Below, piece by piece: positions 56,635 to 64,000 of a stretch of 64,000 nucleotides of DNA. Each line of letters starts with the position of its first letter. The stretch's first letter is position 1. A model generated the notes under the pieces. The model worked only from the letters and a program-made list of their open reading frames with translations, had not been told where the DNA came from and made no database searches. This DNA is from Patescibacteria group bacterium (GTDB lineage Bacteria > Patescibacteriota > Kazan-3B-28 > UBA10110). The translations under genes were made by a program, and so were the position numbers. The stretch spans positions 5,726 through 69,725 of the forward strand of contig JAFGPN010000004.1 in the NCBI GenBank assembly GCA_016936175.1. The letters are read 5' to 3'.

Positions 56635-58353
56635 TTATTTCTCCGGTGGAATCTGCCAATAATTGAGTAAGAAGTTGGCAATATCTCCAAATAACGGCGC
56701 TGCCGAACTTTCGGCGAACTGAACATCTTTGGGTCGATCAATCCTGGTTAACATTACGAATTTGGGGTCCTCTACCGGGCCGAATCCAATAAAGGTACCA
56801 ATGGTGGGACCTTCCTCGTAGCCGCCCCCCTTCGGAATCTGAGCAGTCCCCGTTTTGCCTGCGATGGTATAGCCCGGCACACCGGCTCGCTGGCCGTGTC
56901 CCCGCTGGACCACGCTCACCATCATCGCTGATACCAACTGAGCGGTCTGCGGCTTCATCGCCTGGCGCACCATCTGAGCGTCGATGGATACCGCACCCGA
57001 GGGATAGATAATCTTATCAACGATATGGGGTTTCATCAATTTGCCCTGATTGGCAATCGCCCCAACCGCCGCCACCAACTGGATCGGAGTAACCGCAATA
57101 CCCTGGCCAAACGACATGGTAGCCAAATCTACCTCTCCCCACTGGCGATAAGGTCGGATATGAGCCGGGGATTCGCCATCTAACTCCACCCCAGTAGCGG
57201 CGTCAAAACCTAATGCATTAAGATATTTATAAAACAAGAAACGGCCCAGCTTTTGTGCTACATATATAGCACCGGTGTTAAGCGAAGCTTCTAATACTTG
57301 GGTCATCGTCTGATTGCCATGGGCCTTTAGATCAGAATTCTTAATTGTTCTATCCTCGATCTGCACCTCACCGGTATCGTTATAGACCGTGCTGGGGCTA
57401 ACCAACCCTGCATCAATCCCAGCCGCCATCGTAATTACCTTAAACACCGAGCCCGGTTCATAAACCGCACCGATATTAGGATTGCTAAAGTTCTCCAACG
57501 CATATTCGTTGTAGTAGTTAGGATTAAAAGTCGGATAGCTAGCCATAGCAATAATCCGGCCCGTCGATGGCTCCATCACTATTACCTCTCCGCCAGTAGA
57601 GCCGTGTTTAATAACTGCCTCTTTTAATTTTTTTTCGATGTAGTACTGCGCCGCCCGATCGATAGTCAATACGATGCTAGCGCCATCCTGAGGGTCAACT
57701 ATCTTCCTACCACCTACTGCAATCTGGGCACCCAAAGAACTCTTCTCTACCTGCGCAACACCTTGCTTGCCAGAGAGCTCGCCATTAAAATACCCTTCCA
57801 CACCATACTGTCCGGCCATATCCCGATTAACAAATCCCAGCACCTGGGCCGCCAAGCTATCCTCGGGGTAATAGCGATACTCTTCGGTGCGCAGATACAC
57901 CCCTTCTAAATCGAGCGATTTAATCTCATCCGCTTCTTTTTTTTCTATCCGCCGCTTTAATGGCGCCACATAAACCTTGTTGGATTTCATCGTCTCGATT
58001 AGCTGGCCCTCTTCGATGCCAGTTCCAGCCAAATAGGGCATCAGTTTGGCCGCCACCAGTTCGGGCCGTTGAATTTGGGTCGGTACAATGTTTAGATTAT
58101 ACAGCGATACATTAGTGGCCATTGGATAGTAAGCTTTTAGCTGGTCATCGTAGACCAGTATCTTTCCTCGGTCAGCCGGCAACTGCTCATTAACGTTACG
58201 TTGGTCCTTGGCCATTGCGGTAAAGGTGGCATGCTCAAACACCTGTCGTTGGACTATTCGGCCAACAACCAGGAGCAGCATCAGCACAAAACAGATGCCG
58301 ATGACACCTAAACGGTTTCGCTGCAAAGCTTCCGCCGTAGCGCTGTAAGCCAT
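56635..58353 (-). CDS. ftsI: penicillin-binding protein 2/FtsI-type transpeptidase
   Basis: One N-terminal TM helix, a dimerisation domain and the transpeptidase motifs SVFK, SLN and KTGT. The start was moved to ATG 58353. Confidence 0.88.
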   Translation of the reverse strand: MAYSATAEALQRNRLGVIGICFVLMLLLVVGRIVQRQVFEHATFTAMAKDQRNVNEQLPADRGKILVYDDQLKAYYPMATNVSLYNLNIVPTQIQRPELVAAKLMPYLAGTGIEEGQLIETMKSNKVYVAPLKRRIEKKEADEIKSLDLEGVYLRTEEYRYYPEDSLAAQVLGFVNRDMAGQYGVEGYFNGELSGKQGVAQVEKSSLGAQIAVGGRKIVDPQDGASIVLTIDRAAQYYIEKKLKEAVIKHGSTGGEVIVMEPSTGRIIAMASYPTFNPNYYNEYALENFSNPNIGAVYEPGSVFKVITMAAGIDAGLVSPSTVYNDTGEVQIEDRTIKNSDLKAHGNQTMTQVLEASLNTGAIYVAQKLGRFLFYKYLNALGFDAATGVELDGESPAHIRPYRQWGEVDLATMSFGQGIAVTPIQLVAAVGAIANQGKLMKPHIVDKIIYPSGAVSIDAQMVRQAMKPQTAQLVSAMMVSVVQRGHGQRAGVPGYTIAGKTGTAQIPKGGGYEEGPTIGTFIGFGPVEDPKFVMLTRIDRPKDVQFAESSAAPLFGDIANFLLNYWQIPPEK

Positions 58354-58405
58354 AGGCCTATTATACCCCGAGCCAGTTAACAACGATCTGCGACACCATT
58401 TGCGG

Positions 58406-60547
58406 TTACTCGATCTCCAAATACTGTCCAATAGCCTTACCGAGATAGGCTGCGGCTCGCCGATTTAATGGCCACTGTCTATAATCGCCGCTATCCGAGT
58501 TGATCTTTTGCTGGTCAAACCCGATAAAGCCCTGGATCGAAAAGTAGCCCTCAGAAGTCTCGTAGGATTCTACTCCCGATTGCTGCAACCCCCCCCTGAT
58601 CTTTCTGACCCGTTCTGCACAGATCGAACAGTGGTCACTCCCGCAATGGCGGGCCGAAAATTTGATAGAGCCCAGATCAGTCAGTTCAAACGATCGTCGG
58701 TTGGTCCAATCGGCAATCTTTACTCCTTGCGAAAGCAGAGTAGATTCTTTGGCTACCAATTGATTTGGCTTGAGCGCATTCTTGTAGCCAGATTCCGGCA
58801 GATCATAAAGCGCTGCCAATCGATTAAGCTCAGAGTTAATCTTCTTAACCTCAATCCGCTCTGTATCGCTCAATCTGTCCTCCGGATACCCCATCAGATC
58901 GACTCGAACGTCATTAGGGATTATAACGTCTCCCTCTTTCCATTTAGCTTCCAGAAATTCTCCCAGTTCTTTTTGGGCAAACTTTGATAGATCACTCAAT
59001 GTGGAACAAAACCGACGCATGTCCGTCCCGGGGTAAACATCCCCCCAGCGATAACTATTCTCGTTCGGCGGGCTAGAAGCCTCAGAGTCAACTTGATGAA
59101 CTTTTAACGATCTGCAATCGGGAGATACCGCCACCCGCCACTCTACTCTACCCACCTCGGAATCGAGGGTAAGCTGGGCCACCTCTATATCACAATCATC
59201 TTTCCACATCCCGTCTTCTCGCCAACTTAGGCTGTATTCATCAGGATTTACTGGCACAGGTTCTAACCGCAGATCAACTGGCACCCCCAACTCTTCCTGC
59301 GCTCTTAGCAGTAACCGCGCTTCTGCCAGATCGATATCCGCCTGAAACGCTTTGGTGGAGGCCTCCAACCACCCCCTCCGACTTTGACGGATCTGCCGGC
59401 GCTGACTAAGCAGATTTTCACCTTCATCCCAAGACCTCGGCGATTGAATCCTCTCTTTGGCAGCATCATGCAGTAGTCGACCCATCTTTTTTTGGACGAT
59501 CGGGCTCTCCCAATCCAAACCCTGGCCTGTCAATCTAATTAATAATCGATTAAGGCTACGAATTCCATCAAAGCTACCGACTGCCGGAGTAGCGACCAAA
59601 GCAACCACTACTTCTGGCCCGATTTGATGGGATTTTACAAAATTACAAAACAGCTCATTGCTACATCCCCAAGATTTCTGGTTAAGTAGCTTTGATAGGT
59701 CGCGATGTTCTTTGGCCAGACCTTTAGCATCAGCAATAGCCGACTCCAATTCTGGCGATGATTGCTCGATGATCTTTTTGCTATCGGCTATCTCTCGCTG
59801 TTCTACCAGCTCCCTGGCGGCCCGCAATCTTCCGTTTAACTCAACCGAGTTAGTATTTAGCTCCACTCGACGCAGAGGTTCTTCTGGCAATCTAACTGCT
59901 TGGTAGCTCTCTCGACAAGCTGTTTCCATCTCCGTTTGAGGCCGGTAAACTCGATCTTCAATCAAAAAATCGGTCAGCCACTTAAGGTGGCGATCATTAT
60001 TCAGCCGAATCTTATTGGCTCGCACCTCCTCCCAGCCAGTATCGACTCGTTGCCCGCCCATCGCCACTTTGCCTGGAGCAACGGAAAAGCTACCGTCGCC
60101 CCCCTTCACGGCAGTGACAGAGTGGTAAATAGCCGCGGTGTTGGCCCCGTAGAACGACTTGGCGGCCCGGGTGGCCATTTTAACATCATCGCACACTGCC
60201 ACTAACTGTTCCGTCTGTTCGCTTTCGCTGCAATCACCCCAATCGTCATAGTCTTTTTCGGTCTGCCGACTAGTTACTACCCAGATCTCTCCATCGGCCC
60301 CGAAATGTTCCCTAAACTGACGAGTAAGTTGATCGCGCGCAGCTTGAACATTTTCTTCACGAGTATCACTGGCTGCCCTATTTGCCTCGTTGAATTGAGA
60401 TTTAGCAGCCTCAATCCTGGATGAATACTCTGCATTGATACTAGCGACCCCCCGGTTGGCATCACTCGCAAAAACTTGTTTCAATCGCAGTCGAGGCGAT
60501 GCGCCGTCCACTCTTAATGAATCGATTTTCTCTGAAGATCTCTTCAT
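58406..60547 (-). CDS. large hypothetical protein (ORFan, 713 aa)
   Basis: A long uninterrupted ORF with RBS aaggga upstream. No TM helix or signal peptide, a coiled-coil-like N-terminal part and an HCGSDHCSIC cluster near the C-terminus. No family recognised. Confidence 0.6.
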   Translation of the reverse strand: MKRSSEKIDSLRVDGASPRLRLKQVFASDANRGVASINAEYSSRIEAAKSQFNEANRAASDTREENVQAARDQLTRQFREHFGADGEIWVVTSRQTEKDYDDWGDCSESEQTEQLVAVCDDVKMATRAAKSFYGANTAAIYHSVTAVKGGDGSFSVAPGKVAMGGQRVDTGWEEVRANKIRLNNDRHLKWLTDFLIEDRVYRPQTEMETACRESYQAVRLPEEPLRRVELNTNSVELNGRLRAARELVEQREIADSKKIIEQSSPELESAIADAKGLAKEHRDLSKLLNQKSWGCSNELFCNFVKSHQIGPEVVVALVATPAVGSFDGIRSLNRLLIRLTGQGLDWESPIVQKKMGRLLHDAAKERIQSPRSWDEGENLLSQRRQIRQSRRGWLEASTKAFQADIDLAEARLLLRAQEELGVPVDLRLEPVPVNPDEYSLSWREDGMWKDDCDIEVAQLTLDSEVGRVEWRVAVSPDCRSLKVHQVDSEASSPPNENSYRWGDVYPGTDMRRFCSTLSDLSKFAQKELGEFLEAKWKEGDVIIPNDVRVDLMGYPEDRLSDTERIEVKKINSELNRLAALYDLPESGYKNALKPNQLVAKESTLLSQGVKIADWTNRRSFELTDLGSIKFSARHCGSDHCSICAERVRKIRGGLQQSGVESYETSEGYFSIQGFIGFDQQKINSDSGDYRQWPLNRRAAAYLGKAIGQYLEIE

Positions 60548-60563
60548 AACAATTTTCCCTTAA

Positions 60564-61787
60564 TTAAGCCGATAAAATCATGTTTACTGATATCTTATTT
60601 TTTCTTATGTAATTGCGAATTTTCCTAATAGCGTCCATTTCGATCTGGCGCACGCATTCGCGCGAGACATTGTGGTCTCGGGAGATAGCCTCGAGTGACA
60701 AATCGTAATCACCGCGGTCTGGCCGATCTAGCCCGTTACGGCGCAACAGTACATATTTTTCGGTTGGGGTAAGCGCTTCTGCCAGCATCTTTTCCAAACC
60801 CCTCCGGGCTATCTCTCGACTCACTAGCTCTTCCGGCGATAATTCCCTACCAAGTAGTTCTTGGTCGTTATTGCCCAAAAGACTCACCTCTGCTCTACCT
60901 GCTAAGTCTAATAACTCTGGAACTCCGCATAAGCTGGTAGCGGCACCGGCGCCCAGCTGATCGTTTTTTTGATGATTATTCATAGTCTCATCCTCCATAA
61001 TGGAGCGCGCCCTTCTGGCCGAATCCTGTACATTGTCAGGTATATGTACCAGGCTCCTGGATTTAGTAAATCTAAGCATCGTTCCATAGATACATTTCCA
61101 GGCATAAGAACTAAAACGATATTTACTATTTGGATCAAAATTCTCAACAGCGACCAGCAACCCAATGCCCGCCTCTTGGATCATGTCCTTACGATCACTG
61201 CCAAAGATGTAACTAAAACGCTCATTGGCAATCTCAAACACCAACCCCACATGTTGCATGGCAATCAAGTTTCTCATCTCGTCTCTGGCCAATTCGTTAG
61301 CCGATACTTCTTGCGGACGTCTCCAGGTAGAACCAGTAATACGAGAACTCATCGGTTTATACGGAGCCGCCTGCTTCAGTTGGTCAAATTTAAGCCATTG
61401 TTTTCTGCTAACATCCTCGCTGACCCGCTCGATAATTGGATAGTGTGGATTACGAGTAGGGTCGTAGTCCAACCGCTTGGCTATATCAAGTGGTTGGCCA
61501 AGTTCATCCTTAAAATCCTGATAAATCTCCTCGAGCTCAAGATACGCGCTGATCAGGTCGCCCACCTGACTAGGCAATTTACACCTATCCGACTTTTTGT
61601 ACTTAATTACCTCCAGCGGCCGTAATGTTTGGGAATTTGATTTAGCCTCGATCTGTTCAACCTCCCCCGCTCGATCAACCTGATTATCGGGCATGGCAAT
61701 GCTGGCATGAGCGACGCCTTTTTCGTCGAACACAATACCAAAATCTTGGGTGGTTTCGCCAAAAGTTGTTGAATATCTTATTTCCAT
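60564..61787 (-). CDS. sigma-70 family RNA polymerase sigma factor with ~170-aa unique N-terminal domain
   Basis: Region 2 reads DMIQEAGIGLLVAVENFDPNSKYRFSSYAWKCIYGTM. Region 4.2 reads LSLEAISRDHNVSRECVRQIEMDAIRKIRN. Confidence 0.7.
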   Translation of the reverse strand: MEIRYSTTFGETTQDFGIVFDEKGVAHASIAMPDNQVDRAGEVEQIEAKSNSQTLRPLEVIKYKKSDRCKLPSQVGDLISAYLELEEIYQDFKDELGQPLDIAKRLDYDPTRNPHYPIIERVSEDVSRKQWLKFDQLKQAAPYKPMSSRITGSTWRRPQEVSANELARDEMRNLIAMQHVGLVFEIANERFSYIFGSDRKDMIQEAGIGLLVAVENFDPNSKYRFSSYAWKCIYGTMLRFTKSRSLVHIPDNVQDSARRARSIMEDETMNNHQKNDQLGAGAATSLCGVPELLDLAGRAEVSLLGNNDQELLGRELSPEELVSREIARRGLEKMLAEALTPTEKYVLLRRNGLDRPDRGDYDLSLEAISRDHNVSRECVRQIEMDAIRKIRNYIRKNKISVNMILSA

Positions 61788-61904
61788 AACTTAAATCGTT
61801 ATAAATAGGCTCCCAGTGCGGATTTATCCTTCGCCAATAACCGAGCCTACTACATGCATAAAAATCTGTCAATACTTTCTTCAAATTATGTCATTGTATC
61901 AATA

Positions 61905-61933
61905 TTGCCAGATTTAATCAACTATGATATAAT
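61905..61933 (+). promoter_or_regulatory. consensus-like sigma-70 promoter
   Basis: TTGCCA (61905-61910), a 17-nt spacer, then TATAAT (61928-61933). Confidence 0.55.
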
Positions 61934-61955
61934 GTTAAAAGAGTTAACATTTAAT

Positions 61956-62714
61956 ATGAATAAACTAGATAAAACCCTCCAAGAATACGGCCTAAATGTC
62001 AAAGAGGCCAAAATCTACCTGGCGCTTTTAGAGCTCGGTCGGGCCCCGATTTTGGCTATAGCCAAACAAACAAAAATCAAACGGGCCGGTCTTTACTACA
62101 CAATTCAGGGTCTGGTCAAAAAAGGCCTAGCCACCGAAGTTAAAATCGGCAAAAAGCGCTTATGGGAGCCGCTGGAACCAGAACAGTTACTGGCCCGCGA
62201 GGACGAGCGCCATCGGCTAATCACTCACGCCATGCCCGAGTTAAAGGCACTACATAATCTCACTAGCGGTGAAGCGCGCATCACCTACTACCGGGGGTTT
62301 ACTGGTATTAACCGGCTAGATCGAGAGTTGGTCGAATACGCCGCTACCCTACCCAAAGAGCAACGCGAGTTTTTAGAATACGGCAATATTGACGACATTT
62401 TATCTGGAAAGTTCAGCGATCTGGATAAAACCACTAATCGTCGGATAGGAGCCAATACACCGATTAGAATGATCGCCCCCGCTACCCCAACAGCTAAGAA
62501 AAAAGCCCATGACCCGAAGGGGCTACGGCAAGTTATCCTAGTCCCCAACTCTAAACAAGCCGATAATGTTATCTATTTGATAGTTGGCGATAAGATCGCC
62601 CTGTATTCACTGGATGAGAACGACGACCCAGCCGCCGTCTTAATTACCCATCCCGGACAGGCCCGCCTCCAGCGTGATCTATTTAACCTCGCCTGGCGTT
62701 CGCTGGCATCTTAA
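61956..62714 (+). CDS. TrmB-family HTH transcriptional regulator
   Basis: LQEYGLNVKEAKIYLALLELGRAPILAIAKQTKIKRAGLYYTIQGLVKKGL. The start was moved to ATG 61956, downstream of the promoter. Confidence 0.65.
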   Translation: MNKLDKTLQEYGLNVKEAKIYLALLELGRAPILAIAKQTKIKRAGLYYTIQGLVKKGLATEVKIGKKRLWEPLEPEQLLAREDERHRLITHAMPELKALHNLTSGEARITYYRGFTGINRLDRELVEYAATLPKEQREFLEYGNIDDILSGKFSDLDKTTNRRIGANTPIRMIAPATPTAKKKAHDPKGLRQVILVPNSKQADNVIYLIVGDKIALYSLDENDDPAAVLITHPGQARLQRDLFNLAWRSLAS

Positions 62715-62720
62715 ATTACA

Positions 62721-62749
62721 TTGACCCAGAGCTGATTTTCTGGTATAAT
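62721..62749 (+). promoter_or_regulatory. consensus-like sigma-70 promoter placed for a leaderless transcript
   Basis: TTGACC (62721-62726), a 17-nt spacer, then TATAAT (62744-62749). The ATG follows 6 nt later. Confidence 0.55.
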
Positions 62750-62754
62750 AAAAA

Positions 62755-64000
62755 ATGGAACCTAAATCCCCCAACCCATCGTCGGGCTCTGAGCAAGAGC
62801 GACTAATTGGCCAAACCTACGACGAGTTGGCCCCGACTTATGAATCAAAACTTCGGGAGATTGGCTATCGAAATCTCCACGCGATCAAAGAGATAATGAC
62901 TAGCGAACATGCTACGCATGGAGCCGTATTGGATTTGGGTTGCGGCCCAGGAAATTTGGCTAGGGTCTTAGGGCCAAACTTTACTTACTTTGGGGCAGAG
63001 GTCTCTCCTCGGATGGCTGAACGAGCCCGGGCCATGGGTTATGCCGATGTTTACGAACGCAGCATCGAAGATGTCTTGCAGGCGATCCCCTATGAGGATG
63101 CGTTTGACTACGTGATCGCCAGCAGCTCTCTGCAGTTCATTGCACCAGAAAAACTGGGCGATGTGTTGCTCAAAATGCGACAGTTGGCCCGCAAGGGAGT
63201 TATTTTTACTATTGATGGCGTTCCCCAACAACTACGCGACAAAATGGAAGAGGCCACCAAGATTAAAACTTATAGCCATCTTAGTGCCCCGGCTGAAGAT
63301 ATTTATAGCATTAGGCCGGGGGCCTGGGCAACTCGAAAGCACCCCCCAACATTAGTCGAACGCCACTACAATGTGGGCTGGAAGTCTCCCCATACGGGAA
63401 TCGAAGTGCCAGTACAGGTATTGGCTGAATTTTATCCTCAGCAAACTGGCACCTCTGTTCTTCATGAGAGAAAAAATCCTTGGGAGCCCACAAAAAGCCT
63501 CCCCGAAAGCGAGCTAGCAAAATGGCGTGAAATTTTGATCGGTCAAGATGAGAATTGGCCCAAACACCTCAAAAGAGACAAGTGGGGATTATCGCCCGAC
63601 AGCTCTGTGGATCTTAAGGCATTCGGCTTTGATCCTGATTGGACTCCCATTGATACTCGTATTCATCCGGAAATAATCGATACTGAAATGCAATGGATAT
63701 TGGACCCGATAAATCGCCTGCCATATATAAAGGTTTTAAATGGTAACGTTGGTTTCCCATCAGAAAAAATTGAACATACTATTAATTATATTAAGTCGCT
63801 TGGAGCAACGGAGGAGCAGATTTCTGTTGCCGAGGCTATGCCCCCCTATCCCGGTGGGTACTTGCAGTTTGCTCTCGACTTTGCCAATCCGGCAACCAGG
63901 CGCTTTTTGGCCTTACTCAAAACCAAAACACAAGATTGGGCCAAGCTTAATCCAGAAATAAAAATGCAGATCACCGGAGCCGTTTCGCCTGCGCTCCACT
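62755..64000 (+). CDS. SAM-dependent methyltransferase domain fused to an unknown C-terminal domain (3' end beyond window)
   Basis: Own translation gives MEPKSPNPSSGSEQERLIGQTYDELAPTYE...AVLDLGCGPGNLARVL...FDYVIASSSLQFI. The frame stays open to position 64000. It is absent from the ORF track because it has no stop. Confidence 0.75.
   Translation, partial: MEPKSPNPSSGSEQERLIGQTYDELAPTYESKLREIGYRNLHAIKEIMTSEHATHGAVLDLGCGPGNLARVLGPNFTYFGAEVSPRMAERARAMGYADVYERSIEDVLQAIPYEDAFDYVIASSSLQFIAPEKLGDVLLKMRQLARKGVIFTIDGVPQQLRDKMEEATKIKTYSHLSAPAEDIYSIRPGAWATRKHPPTLVERHYNVGWKSPHTGIEVPVQVLAEFYPQQTGTSVLHERKNPWEPTKSLPESELAKWREILIGQDENWPKHLKRDKWGLSPDSSVDLKAFGFDPDWTPIDTRIHPEIIDTEMQWILDPINRLPYIKVLNGNVGFPSEKIEHTINYIKSLGATEEQISVAEAMPPYPGGYLQFALDFANPATRRFLALLKTKTQDWAKLNPEIKMQITGAVSPALH

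Overview
This 64-kb window looks like part of a small, streamlined Patescibacteria/CPR-type bacterial chromosome. That placement is my inference from gene content and repeat style; no search was run. I can support about 65 protein genes, mostly on the minus strand. They include gyrA (partial), murB, rarA, cysS, recR-ybaB, dnaB, dnaX, murC-ftsQ, truB, rpoD, metK and a dcw block (ftsI-murF-mraY-murD-ftsW-murG), interspersed with ORFans and small membrane proteins. RNA features are one tRNA-Gln(UUG) and a SAM-I-like riboswitch with a terminator in front of metK. The main findings are these. (1) A complete diversity-generating retroelement at 24.5-27.2 kb, with RT, an Avd-like gene, and a 130-nt TR/VR pair whose mismatches fall almost only at TR adenines. 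Its layout is odd: avd is on the opposite strand and its frame is broken at a C7 tract. (2) A five-copy family of intergenic elements that fold as structured RNA on the plus strand, supported by compensatory changes and retained G-U wobbles. (3) Short palindromic hairpin units are abundant in intergenic DNA, and copies sit in-frame inside cysS, the DGR RT and probably dnaX. (4) Two small GIY-YIG nuclease genes are bracketed by these units. One splits an sdpR/sdpI-like pair, and the other abuts tRNA-Gln with a 14-nt duplication. (5) A roughly 580-nt ORF-free, hairpin-rich region lies downstream of a class II aaRS-like gene. (6) A sigma-70-family gene plus a 713-aa ORFan sit at the head of the dcw block. 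Everything rests on reading the sequence and the ORF track, and family names come from recognised motifs only.
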